Shown: positions 23,137 to 33,776 of the stretch, piece by piece
How the letters are laid out: every line of letters starts with the position of its first letter
Position numbering within the stretch: the stretch's first letter is position 1
Origin: Calditrichia bacterium
Lineage (GTDB): Bacteria; Calditrichota; Calditrichia; JAJRVZ01
Assembly (NCBI GenBank): GCA_963796965.1
Contig: CAWCNS010000004.1
Coordinates: 416,001 to 480,000 of the forward strand
DNA length: 64,000 nt
Direction of reading: 5' to 3'
Notes under the pieces: generated by a model
The model's input: the letters and a program-made list of their open reading frames with translations, nothing else
What the model was told of the DNA's origin: nothing
Database searches by the model: none
Translations under genes and position numbers: made by a program

Positions 23137-26100
23137 ATGATGATATCTATCAGTAACGGAGAAGAAATTATGCGATTTAAATATGGTCAATTACTCACTA
23201 TCTTTTTGGTTTTATATATACCAGGCAATCTGCTCTTCGGAGGAAGCTGGCCGACTTATCAGAATGATACACGAAGAAGCGGTATTTCTCAAGATAACTT
23301 AAAACCACAACTTCATCTGAAATGGAAATATCAGGCTGCGGTAGCACCACAACCGGCCTGGGCAGATCCGGCAAAAACGGATTTCTGGCACCGTGAGGCA
23401 AATATAAAACCACGCGTCATCTACGATAAAGCCTATCATGTTATCGGTGATGCCAATAAAGTATATTTCGGTTCATCAGCTGATAATAAAATTTATTGTC
23501 TGGATGCAAACTCCGGTAAAGAAATCTGGTCCTACTTTACAGGGGGTCCTGTTAGGTTGGCGCCAAGCTATTCAAATGGGTTACTCTTTACGGGATCGGA
23601 TGATGGCTCCGTTTATTGTTTGAATGCTGATACAGGTGAGCTTGTTTGGACTATTAATACGGCCAAAGGAAAGAGATATATTCCCGGAAATGAGAGAATT
23701 ATTTCCATATCACCGATTAGAACCGGGGTGCTTGTTGATGACGGAATTGCTTATTTCTGTTCAGGGATGTTCCCTAATGAAGGTGTGGATCTGTATGCAG
23801 TAAACGCCAGGAACGGTAAGATTATTTGGAAAAAGTCTCACCTCGGGTTATCCCCGCAAGGCTATATGCTTGCATCAGAAAAAAATCTGTACATCCCTAC
23901 GGGTAGAACAACACCGCAATTGTTCTCTCGCAAAGACGGAGAATTTAAAGGCAGCTTTGAAGGTAATGGGGGAACCTATGCTTTATTGGTCAATGATGAA
24001 TTGATCTTTGGTGGAGGTGATGAAGGGGAGTTGAATTATAATACACCAAATACGGATAGTGATGACCAAATTGCATCCTTCCTGGGATTGCAGATGATTA
24101 TAGATAATGAGATTGCTTATCTCAGATCCGATACGGAACTATCTGCCATTAGTCGGAAAAAGTATATTTCAGAATACGAAAATTGGGCTGATGTTGAGGA
24201 AAAAAAGAGTGATTTAGCGGATGATCTATGGGACCTGAGAGAAAAACGAAAATTAGCATCGCCGGATGATATTGAAGATATAGATGAAGATATCTTTGAG
24301 TTAATTGACCGGATTAGCCAATTTGATGATCGAAGGAAAAAGATTGAATCAGGTGGTACAATCTGGAAACAGAAAATAGATGCTTCTTATTCTATGATTC
24401 TTGCCGGAAATTCTGTTGTACTTGGAAGCGACGGCAAAGTCGAAGTATTTAACTCTGAGACAGGAAATAAACTTTCGACACAGAAAGTGGCAGGAATCGT
24501 ATACAGCCTTGCGGTATTTAATGGAAACCTGCTTGCAAGCACCGACCAAGGAAATATTTATTGTTTTAACAATGATCCTGTTTTAAATCCACCATCCCAT
24601 TCTGTACAATTTGTCAATGATCCCTATAAAAATAGACCAGATGGCGCGGTTTACGCTAATGCTATAAACGAAATTCTTAAATATGGAATTAAAGATGGCT
24701 ATTGTCTGGTTGTGGGGAGCGAAGATGGACAATTGGCATACGAACTTGCTTCAAGGACCAATTTAAAAATCATTGGGATTGAAGATGACCCCCTCAAAGT
24801 TGAAAAGTCACGCAGATTATTGGATAAAGCAGGTATCTATGGTGAAAAAGTCAGTATTTTTTCAGGCTCTCTAAGCGATCTTCCATTTAGTAAATATTTT
24901 GCGAACCTGATTGTATCGGATAAAATGTTACGTTCCGGATCTTTATCAACGCCTGCAAATGAAATTTACCGTGTACTTAAACCTTTTGGTGGGGTAGCCT
25001 GTCTTGGCGTTGACGAGGGAAATGAAAAGTACCTGCACAATTGGGTCACTAATGCTAACCTTGCAGATTGGAAAATTAATTCAGATCGTTGGGCCGTTGT
25101 AAAACGAGGTAAAATAGCGGGTGCTGGTGAATGGACGCACTTATACTCTAATCCGGGTAATACCTCTTGTAGTGATGATCCAATAAAAGGTCCTTTGCAA
25201 GTTCAGTGGTTTGGCCGGCCGGGACCACGGGAAATCATTAACCGTCATAGCCGTCCCATGTCAACACTCTTTAAAAACGGGCGACTTTTTATTCCGGGCG
25301 ATAATCGTGTAATTTGTGTTGATGGATACAATGGTACCTTCCTCTGGAAAAGGTTTATTCCGGATTCCAGAGTCCTCGGTGCCTTAAAAGACTGTGGTAC
25401 CATGGCCGTTGCCGACGATTATATGTATGTTGCTGCAGGACAGGTTGCTTTGGGATTAAATGTTGAAAATGGAACGCAGGAATTAGTACTTGAAGCCCCT
25501 CAGCTCAAGGTAGGACAGGATAGTAAATGGGGGTATCTGGCCATTGTTGATGATCAAATATTTGGTTCAGGTAAAAAGCCAACCGCTTCTTTTACTGTCC
25601 TGGGACGTTTTAATTGTGACCAGTTTGAAGAAGATTTTCGGGAAATGGTAATGAGTGATTATCTGTTTTCTCTCGATAGGATTAGTGGAAAAGAATTGTG
25701 GTCTTATAAGGCTGTGGTATTTAATAATACCATTACAATTGGAGATGAGAACATATATTTTGTTGAGAGTAGAAATGAAAAGGCCGTAAACGACATTGAT
25801 GGAAAACTACGCGTCGATTATTTCTGTGAAGGACCTACATTTATTGTAAAGTTAGATAAGCGAACCGGAGAGAAAAAGTGGGAAAAAGAATTCAAATTCC
25901 CTTATGAGCAAATTATGTATCTTGCCTGGTCGAATAATGTGTTATTAGTAACCGGTTCCTATAATAAGGGGAGCTTTGCACAATATGCTTTGTTTGCTTT
26001 TGATGGTGTCACAGGAACAAACCTCTGGAAGGACAGCTATCAGGCTGGTAATAGCAGATGGGATAACCGTAGTAATGACGCGACGATTAATGGTTCGCAT

Positions 26101-26448
26101 GGAGAGCAATGGCAACATCCAGTTATTATTGGGGAGAGAGTGATTTTACCTCCCTATGATTTTAATCTGCAAACAGGGCAAAGAGGGGATCTCTATCTTA
26201 CCAGAGGCGGCGGTGGATGTGGTGGATTGTCGGCTTCAGCATCAAATTTATTTGCCCGTGGATCAAATCCAAAAATTTATGATATTTTCGGGGAACAGAG
26301 CGGTGATCCCATTACCAGGGTTAATCGTCCGGGATGTTGGATAAATATTATTCCAGCCGGAAATATCGTTTCTATTCCTGAAGCAAGCTCCGGATGCACT
26401 TGTAGTTATCCGATTCAGACCTCTTTTGTATTTGTTTCAGCAGATTAG
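23137..26448 (+). CDS. Secreted PQQ-like beta-propeller protein with central SAM-methyltransferase-like domain
   Basis: WPTYQNDTRRSG. YCLDANSGKEIW-type repeats. GYCLVVG..LPFSKYFANLIV..RVLKPFGG. C-terminal RPGCW..GCTC. Alternative start at 23170. Confidence 0.85.
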   Translation: MMISISNGEEIMRFKYGQLLTIFLVLYIPGNLLFGGSWPTYQNDTRRSGISQDNLKPQLHLKWKYQAAVAPQPAWADPAKTDFWHREANIKPRVIYDKAYHVIGDANKVYFGSSADNKIYCLDANSGKEIWSYFTGGPVRLAPSYSNGLLFTGSDDGSVYCLNADTGELVWTINTAKGKRYIPGNERIISISPIRTGVLVDDGIAYFCSGMFPNEGVDLYAVNARNGKIIWKKSHLGLSPQGYMLASEKNLYIPTGRTTPQLFSRKDGEFKGSFEGNGGTYALLVNDELIFGGGDEGELNYNTPNTDSDDQIASFLGLQMIIDNEIAYLRSDTELSAISRKKYISEYENWADVEEKKSDLADDLWDLREKRKLASPDDIEDIDEDIFELIDRISQFDDRRKKIESGGTIWKQKIDASYSMILAGNSVVLGSDGKVEVFNSETGNKLSTQKVAGIVYSLAVFNGNLLASTDQGNIYCFNNDPVLNPPSHSVQFVNDPYKNRPDGAVYANAINEILKYGIKDGYCLVVGSEDGQLAYELASRTNLKIIGIEDDPLKVEKSRRLLDKAGIYGEKVSIFSGSLSDLPFSKYFANLIVSDKMLRSGSLSTPANEIYRVLKPFGGVACLGVDEGNEKYLHNWVTNANLADWKINSDRWAVVKRGKIAGAGEWTHLYSNPGNTSCSDDPIKGPLQVQWFGRPGPREIINRHSRPMSTLFKNGRLFIPGDNRVICVDGYNGTFLWKRFIPDSRVLGALKDCGTMAVADDYMYVAAGQVALGLNVENGTQELVLEAPQLKVGQDSKWGYLAIVDDQIFGSGKKPTASFTVLGRFNCDQFEEDFREMVMSDYLFSLDRISGKELWSYKAVVFNNTITIGDENIYFVESRNEKAVNDIDGKLRVDYFCEGPTFIVKLDKRTGEKKWEKEFKFPYEQIMYLAWSNNVLLVTGSYNKGSFAQYALFAFDGVTGTNLWKDSYQAGNSRWDNRSNDATINGSHGEQWQHPVIIGERVILPPYDFNLQTGQRGDLYLTRGGGGCGGLSASASNLFARGSNPKIYDIFGEQSGDPITRVNRPGCWINIIPAGNIVSIPEASSGCTCSYPIQTSFVFVSAD

Positions 26449-26469
26449 CTAGAAAATCTATTTAAAAAT

Positions 26470-26798
26470 ATTCACGCAAAGGCGCAAAGCCGCAAAGAAA
26501 TGTTTTTAAATACGTGATGTAAAATATTTATAAATGTCCGGTTAAGATTTAGTTATGTTTTAAATAACAGTGGGAAATCCAATGATTTTATTGATTTCCC
26601 AAAAGGGCAACTTAATCTAAAAACTCACCCTAAATCCCTCTCTTAATAAGAGAGGGACTTTGAGGAGCCCCTTCTCATGAAGAAGAGAAGGGGATTTTGA
26701 ATGAAAGTTTTATTAAAATATTGAATCTTCTTTTAGAGCGGACCCCCATGTTAAAAATTTAAAAATAATTTTTCGCGTCTTTGCGTCTTTGCGTGAAT
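26470..26798. repeat. Nested spacer: family-B inverted arms enclosing copy 2 of the 86-bp double hairpin (26618-26703)
   Basis: attcacgcaaaggcgcaaagccgcaaag pairs with tttcgcgtctttgcgtctttgcgtgaat. The inner segment is the reverse complement of 2277-2363. Confidence 0.9.
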
Positions 26799-29314
26799 TA
26801 AATATTCAATCTTGTTTGTCTGAGAAAGTGATTCAAAAATTGTCTTGCTTTAGAATAATGTTTTTGGTCTGCTTGATAATTGTTTGTGGAACAACCAACC
26901 AAATCCTTGCACAAATATATGCCCCACCTGATCCGCTAAGTATGTGGGATACCTGGCTATACCAGGAAAATAATGACTATCATCTATTCTTCCTCCAGAG
27001 TGAACCAGAAATAAACTGGAATACGATTGGGAGGGCCGTTTCCCATGATTTGGTGCATTGGCAGGAACTGCCTTCGATTCCCTCAAAAGGAGAACCTGGT
27101 ACCTGGGATGAAAACCCGACCCTTACTGGGACAACCATAAAAGTGGACTCCGGTTATATTTTGTTTTATGGATCGGATAAGGATGGTCAGAAAATAGGGA
27201 CCATGTTTTCATCTGATTTGCTGCACTGGAAGAAGAATGAGCCGAATCCTTTGTTGGAACCCAGACCGCCTCACTACACCGGTTCCGACTGGCGGGATAT
27301 GTTTCTTTACTACAATTCCTCAGAAGAAATGTGGCATGGATTTGTTTGTGCACAAACACCTGCAACCCTCGCCTCCGGGAAAACATTTATTAGTGCTTGT
27401 ATTGCCCATTTAACTACAAAGAATTTTACTGAATGGAAATATCTCCCCCCTATCTATACTAATTCAGACTTTTCTAATCTGGAAGTACCGGAATATTTTG
27501 AAATGAACGGTTATCATTATCTACTTTTTTCAAATGCCGGAACGGTTCAGAATACTTCAGGAAGAGAAAAAGCCAGAGGAACCTATTATGTGATGAGTGA
27601 AAAGTTTGAAGGTCCCTACTATCTTTCATCGGCACCGCTATTACTGGGATCCGGGATGGAACGGTTTGACGTATATGTGGGCAGAACCATACCATATCAA
27701 AACAAACGACTGTTATATCATCATACGGTTGGTGAAAAAGTAACCTGGGGTACCCCTAAAGTGATTCGGCAAAACAAAGACGGTACTTTATGGCTGGAAT
27801 ATTGGACTGGTATTGACAAACTGGAGAAGGATGTCCTCCCTGAGGATTTTTTTAAAGTAATTTCAAATAATATGACAGGCAATGGGGTTTGGCGAAAACA
27901 AGGAAACAGGATATTTGGAAAAAGTCCGGCACATCAAAATTGTGTCTTATGGTTACCTGTATTGGCCAATGATGCAATGATAACCTGTGATATTAAAGTG
28001 GATCTGGCAGAAAAAGCTGGAATTGTCTGGAAATGGAATAATAATAATGGTGAAGGGTTGTTGATCGATAGAAATAAAGTATCGATCTGTAACCTTAGCG
28101 GTAGAGGAAATACACTATCTTCAGAACTGGTTGATCAATTCCAGGATTTTTATACAAATCCTGACTATCAACATCTTCGAATTCTCCTTCGTGGGCAGCG
28201 GATTGAAGTCTATGTAAATGATCGCTGGGTTTTTGGGACCTTAATGAATCCTATGCGAGGCGGAAAAATCGGTTTATACTTGGAATCCGGTAAAGCGGTT
28301 TATAAGGACATCTGTATTAAAGAGATTGGTTCAATGAAATCCAGCCTTATTAAAGATTTAAAAGCCGAACCAGTTGAAGAAAAAGCGATAATTAAAAAAA
28401 ACATGGTCCTGCTAACCAATCCCTCTATTCAAAGAGATCTATCCGGATGGGTCACAATCACCTGCTCAGATACGAACAACACTATCAATTATTCAATTAA
28501 AGACTCTGATCCAAAAAAGGTTTATTCTTATAAGGAGCCATTCCTGTTACCAGAGAAAACTACGATAACGGCCTGGATCGGTAACAAAGATCCTCAGCCT
28601 GATTTATCGGTTAGTACATCCTTTAATCAACTCCAGGCAGTCATACCCGAGATCTCCCCCTCGCAGGCTTATTTTTATCAAAATACCCTGGTGCGTCTCA
28701 CGACTCCATTGGATGGTGCCCGCATCTATTATACTTTGGATGGAAGTAAACCATCAGATAAGTCACTCCTATACGAAAAGCCGATCAAGGTCGATCGGAA
28801 AACAGTGGTTCGATCGCTTTCCATGAAAGATGGTTTTATTCCTAGTGAGGAAAATATATCAGAATATCAACCTGTAGCCACGGTGTCCGGATTGAAGTAT
28901 TTTTTTTATGATGGGAGCTGGAAGAACACACCGAATTATTTCCAGATTTCTCCGACAGATAGTGGCTACATCTCCCAGATCCGGTTGGACGAGATCGAAT
29001 TCACAGACCGGGAGAACTATGCCTTGCTTTTTCATGGTTATATAAAAATAGAAGAGGAAGGCAGATATACTTTTTTTTCGGCGTCTAATGATGGAAGCCA
29101 ACTCTCAGTTGATAGTTATAAAATTGTGGATAATGATGGGGCGCACGGGTTGAAAGAAAAGTTCGGGGAAATCCATTTAGAGAAGGGTATACATTTGATT
29201 GAAGTGCGTTATTTTCAAATGGGGGGTGCTCAGGAATTACAGGTAAGCTATGAAGGGCCGGGGATAAATAAGAAAGAGATTCCTGCGTCTGCTTTTACTA
29301 ACCCAGAAAAATAA
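26789..29314 (+). CDS. GH32-like five-bladed propeller plus beta-sandwich, with Fn3-associated and PA14 domains
   Basis: MWDTW, RAVSHDLVHW, DWRD and LEVP give the clan GH-J D/D/E pattern. YYTLDGS and SNDGS..DNDGAHG follow. The track start lies inside a repeat; the true start is more likely 26828 or 26858. Confidence 0.8.
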   Translation: MRELNIQSCLSEKVIQKLSCFRIMFLVCLIIVCGTTNQILAQIYAPPDPLSMWDTWLYQENNDYHLFFLQSEPEINWNTIGRAVSHDLVHWQELPSIPSKGEPGTWDENPTLTGTTIKVDSGYILFYGSDKDGQKIGTMFSSDLLHWKKNEPNPLLEPRPPHYTGSDWRDMFLYYNSSEEMWHGFVCAQTPATLASGKTFISACIAHLTTKNFTEWKYLPPIYTNSDFSNLEVPEYFEMNGYHYLLFSNAGTVQNTSGREKARGTYYVMSEKFEGPYYLSSAPLLLGSGMERFDVYVGRTIPYQNKRLLYHHTVGEKVTWGTPKVIRQNKDGTLWLEYWTGIDKLEKDVLPEDFFKVISNNMTGNGVWRKQGNRIFGKSPAHQNCVLWLPVLANDAMITCDIKVDLAEKAGIVWKWNNNNGEGLLIDRNKVSICNLSGRGNTLSSELVDQFQDFYTNPDYQHLRILLRGQRIEVYVNDRWVFGTLMNPMRGGKIGLYLESGKAVYKDICIKEIGSMKSSLIKDLKAEPVEEKAIIKKNMVLLTNPSIQRDLSGWVTITCSDTNNTINYSIKDSDPKKVYSYKEPFLLPEKTTITAWIGNKDPQPDLSVSTSFNQLQAVIPEISPSQAYFYQNTLVRLTTPLDGARIYYTLDGSKPSDKSLLYEKPIKVDRKTVVRSLSMKDGFIPSEENISEYQPVATVSGLKYFFYDGSWKNTPNYFQISPTDSGYISQIRLDEIEFTDRENYALLFHGYIKIEEEGRYTFFSASNDGSQLSVDSYKIVDNDGAHGLKEKFGEIHLEKGIHLIEVRYFQMGGAQELQVSYEGPGINKKEIPASAFTNPEK

Positions 29315-29325
29315 TCACAAACGGA

Positions 29326-29405
29326 ATGTGTTTTTCTATAAGTTAAGTAAATACATCCCCCTAACCCCCTTTCAAAGGGGGAATAGATTTTGCTTGATTG
29401 AACAG
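29326..29405. repeat. Right half of the family-A element
   Basis: tctataagttaagtaaatacatccccctaaccccctttcaaagggggaatagattttgcttgattgaacag aligns with 15255-15326. Confidence 0.88.
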
Positions 29406-29421
29406 ATTAGAGAATTTTTAT

Positions 29422-30711
29422 ATGTCTAATAAACAAAGTAAAGGAATTCTTATTCTTCTAAAGTCATTCATAGTAACTATATTACTATTACCACAAATTA
29501 TCTATACGCAGACTACTGCTGAATTGTTAGGCTATGACAATGATGCGAAAGTGCTGATTATTAATGCAGATGATTTTGGTATGTGCCATGCAGAAAATGT
29601 TGCGACAATGGATTTGCTCCTCTATGGCAATATTACTTCAGCCACAATAATGGCCCCCTGTCCCTGGATTGAAGAGGCAGCCTCCTTCTGTAAAGAACAT
29701 CCAGAAAAGGATGTTGGTATTCATTTAACGCTGACATCTGAATGGAGGGATTATAAATGGTCCGGTGTGGCATCATCCAATCTAATCCCTTCGCTATTAA
29801 CCACTGATGGTTTTTTCCCTGCCGGCTCTTACGATGTGGAAATTAATGCAAAAAAAGAAGAAGTCGAGACAGAACTTCGTGCACAGTTGGAACAGGCATT
29901 ATCTTTAGGCATAAGGCCAACCCATATTGACAATCATATGGCAAGTGTTTACGGACTTTCTACGGGACGGGATTTCTTCGACATCGTTTTTGCCTTAAGC
30001 AGGGAGTATAATTTGCCCTTTCGCCTGCCGCGCACTATTTCATACCCCTGGAATCAAATGATCCCCCCGGAAAGGCAGGTTGAACTCCTCGCTTATGCAG
30101 ACAGTATAGTTGCAGAAGGGTTTGTATTGCCAGATTATCTTAAGGTGCTTACCAGCCATGGAAATTCCTATGAGGAGGCATTTTCCGCTTATAGTGAATT
30201 ACTAAAAAATCTTCAACCGGGTGTAACGGAACTCTATATTCATGCGGCAGTTGAATCGGATGAAATAAAAGCAATTACCGATTCTTGGCGCACCCGTGAT
30301 TATGATTATCGGGTTTTCAAATCAGCAGAAATGAAGTCACTTATCGATAGTCTGGGGATTCAGCTCATCGGATGGTCAGATTTACAGATCCTGCAAGAGG
30401 AACAAATAGGTACAAAAATAACATCAGATGAATATGTATCCCAACCGAAAATCTTCAATTTAGAACAAAATTATCCAAATCCGTTTAATCCGCTAACAAT
30501 GATCAATTACCAATTACCAATTACGAGTTTCGTTAACCTTACCGTTTATAATTTATTAGGCCAACAAGTGGCAATCCTGGTTTCAAATATACAAAATGCC
30601 GGTCATCATCAGGTTACCTGGGATGCATCAGGATTTAGAAGCGGTATTTATTACTATAGAATAGAATCAAGTACCTTCCAAGATGTGAAGAAAATGATTT
30701 TAGTGAGATAA
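29422..30711 (+). CDS. YdjC/ChbG-family carbohydrate deacetylase with C-terminal secretion sorting domain
   Basis: IINADDFG, GIHLTL, THIDNHM and ELYIH motifs. C-terminal LEQNYPNPFNP..VYNLLGQ..SGIYYY..KKMILVR. Confidence 0.92.
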   Translation: MSNKQSKGILILLKSFIVTILLLPQIIYTQTTAELLGYDNDAKVLIINADDFGMCHAENVATMDLLLYGNITSATIMAPCPWIEEAASFCKEHPEKDVGIHLTLTSEWRDYKWSGVASSNLIPSLLTTDGFFPAGSYDVEINAKKEEVETELRAQLEQALSLGIRPTHIDNHMASVYGLSTGRDFFDIVFALSREYNLPFRLPRTISYPWNQMIPPERQVELLAYADSIVAEGFVLPDYLKVLTSHGNSYEEAFSAYSELLKNLQPGVTELYIHAAVESDEIKAITDSWRTRDYDYRVFKSAEMKSLIDSLGIQLIGWSDLQILQEEQIGTKITSDEYVSQPKIFNLEQNYPNPFNPLTMINYQLPITSFVNLTVYNLLGQQVAILVSNIQNAGHHQVTWDASGFRSGIYYYRIESSTFQDVKKMILVR

Positions 30712-30758
30712 GAAATATCCGGTAGGTATCAAATAATGCCTAAAAAAAGTAAAAAATT

Positions 30759-30881
30759 GACAGGATAACAGAATTAACAGGATATTATTTCTAATAAAAA
30801 CGAATAATGATATCTGTTTAAAAGGATAGAATATTAACACTTTACCTAAGCATTTAATCTTGTAAATCTTGTTATCATGTC
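30759..30881. repeat. Family-C inverted pair
   Basis: gacaggataacagaattaacaggat pairs with aatcttgtaaatcttgttatcatgtc. Confidence 0.8.
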
Positions 30882-31072
30882 TAAAAATAATATTTCACAG
30901 TATCAAAGGATGCCCATAACTGGAAATCAACCAGTTTATTGATTCAATTGAAGGAAGAGCAGGCGCAGCCTTGAATGTCTCTATTGAGAGCCCAAATATG
31001 GAAAAACAGCAGATACCGGCAGAAATGTACGGGTCTGAATGATTTAGAATTAACTTCACCAATGGAAACCTT

Positions 31073-33548
31073 ATGAATCGATTAATTATTTTTCTATTAA
31101 ACTACATCGTAATCATTTCAATAGTGCTACTATTTCCAAAAACAGGGAATTCCCAGATCACACTCCAGCCGAGTGGTTATTTCGATGCTCCTGGTTTCCG
31201 GTTTTTAGTTTATGAGAATGATTATCTTGGTGGCAGACTTGGAGGGTTAGAAATGATTCTTCAGGGTAAACGCGTTTTGGATGCCGGTAATGTGGTTTGT
31301 CTAACCACTGATGGTAAAAAATATGGCTACTATAGCGATGGTGATGATAAACGCGGGGAAAAGACTGTCGACCTAAAAAAGGGTGAGGTTTCTTATCCTG
31401 TTGAGCTCCTGCCTTTGGGATTAAAATATAAGGTTAATGTGATTGGCGATGGAAAATCGATTACTATTCAGATAGATCTTAATCAATCCATTGATTGGGG
31501 AAAAGTTAAAGAAATAGCCTTTCGCATAGAAATTTATCCTGAGGAGTACGATTATAAAACCTTTAATGGTGGCGGGATAAGCGACTATTTTTATGAGCAG
31601 CATATGGGGCGACGTGTTCTTATTCCAAAGGCTGAAAGAATTGATATTGCCCCGGAAGACCCTCAGCGCAGAATGACTTTTGAGGGTGAAAATGTGACAT
31701 TAAGTCTGCGCGACGAAAGACGTGATTTGAATGTGAGTGGGTATATGCTGTTTGCTTCATTAAAAAAGGGATCATCCCAGAAGTCATTTTCCCTCAAGAT
31801 ATCTCCCTCAATTGATCTTGATTGGACGAAGGAACCAATAATACAAGTATCTCAGGTAGGCTACCATCCGGGGCAGAAAAAAATTGCCTTTCTGGAGGTT
31901 AATCCTGGAACAATCGATATCCAAGATATGGAATTGTTGTTATTAAACGAAAATTCTGAGATTGAGAATGTGGCATACTTAAAACCTGAAAAATGGGGCG
32001 ATCTCTATCAAAATACCTATTACACCTATGATTTTTCATTCGTAAAAAATCCTGGTCTGTATTTTCTGAAATATGATAAACAGAAAGTAGGGCCTTTCAA
32101 AATTTCTCCATCTGTTTTTCAGACTGCCTGGCAACCTACGTTAGACATCTATTTTCCGACACAGATGTGCCATGTTAAGGTGAAAGATTTCCTGAGGTTA
32201 TGGCATGGGGCATGCCATCTTGACGATGCCCTTCAGTCACCTGTTGGACATACAGGCAAGGACGGCTACCTCCAGGGTCCGGAAACTCAGACGGCATTTA
32301 AACCGAGCGAACATGTTCCGGGGATCAACTGGGGAGGTTGGCACGATGCAGCCGATTTTGACCTTCCTTCGGGCAGTATTTGTGAAACAGCTCTATGGAT
32401 GGCTCTTGCCCAGGAGAAGTTTCAGACCACCCGGGATGTAACAACGGTGTTGCGCAAGGAGCGACTCGTAAATCTTTTCGAACCGGATGGCGAAAATGAT
32501 ATGCTCCAACAGATTGCATTTGGTATGGAGTGGTTGTTGTCGGTAGTTAAACAGGTTGGACATGTTCCGGCGGGTGTGATAACCCATATCGGCCCGGATT
32601 ACGGTTCTGCAGGAGACCCCGCGTCCATTACCGATGGCCTTCTATATGATCCAAAACTTGGAAAAACGGAAGAAAAGAATGGCTCTTCCGGCAAATTTGA
32701 CGATCGTTGGATTTATACGGACAGAAATACGGGGGGACAATATCAGTTTGTGCAGATTGCTGCAATCTGCTCACGGTTGTTTCAGAATATAAACGATTCA
32801 CTATCTTCGGAATGCCTTTTGCTTGCAGAAAAGATTTGGGATTATGAACAAAACAATGAACCGGTCAATTTTCCTGTAGCCTACCAACCCCAGGAGAATA
32901 AATATCACTCATTGGAAATGGCTGCCGTATCAGAATTATACATCACCACTGGTAATCAAAAATACCGGGATAAGCTTATTAACTTTTATTCCTAAAATTA
33001 AGGAGATGCCGGTTCAGTACTTCAACCAGACAGGATTTAATCTTGTACGGGTGAAGGATAAAGTGAATGATACCAACTTTTCAGAGGTTCTTTTAGAAAA
33101 AGCAAGAGAGGTACGCCAGGATTTGCAAAAAGAATTAGATAAAACACCCTATAATGTAACCTTGCATCTTGGTTGGGGAAGTAATTGGTCTATTGCTAAA
33201 ATTGCCGCAAAATTATTCTACTTTATTGAGGCCTATCCTGATTTATTCGAGTCTGAGATTATGTACTCAACTGTAAATTTTGTACTTGGTGCCCATCCAG
33301 CCTCAAATCATTCCTTTGTGTCGGGTGTCGGCTCTAAATCTGCAACGCTGGTGTATGGTTTCAACAGGGCCGATAAAAGCTACCAGCCGGGCGGGGTGAT
33401 TTCGGGAGTGACTTTAGTAAAACCAGACTTTGTAGAGTATCGTGGCCGGGCATGGGACTGGTATCAGACAGAACATGTGATAAGTGGTAGTTCAGCTTAT
33501 ATATTTGATATCCTGGCGACTGAATATTTGTTAAATCTGAATAAATGA
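31073..33548 (+). CDS. GH9 glycoside hydrolase with N-terminal extension and Ig-like domain (frameshift ~32990)
   Basis: VSQVGYHP and GGWHDAAD motifs. GWGSN, FVLGAHP..SFVSGVG and YQTE occur in ORF 33006-33548. Confidence 0.88.
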
Positions 33549-33563
33549 AGCTTCATCCCTTGT

Positions 33564-33589
33564 TAGACGGCTATCCAGTTTTCCGGACA
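33564..33589 (+). mobile_element. Possible orphan IS3-family (IS2-like) terminal repeat
   Basis: tagacggctatccagttttccggaca follows the TAGAC..TCCRGACA pattern recalled for IS2 ends. No partner end or transposase was seen. Confidence 0.25.
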
Positions 33590-33776
33590 ATATTTTCAAG
33601 GCGGTATTCAAATCATTGCGCCGTGGAAAATTCATGAATTCTCGGTAAAAAGATGATGCTGATCAAATAGTTTCATTTGATACAAACTATAAAACAAAGG
33701 TTGTACGGTTTTTGAATTTATTGATATAGTCTTAGAAAAAGAAAGATGAGGTTAGACATGAATACTATGAGTCGTA

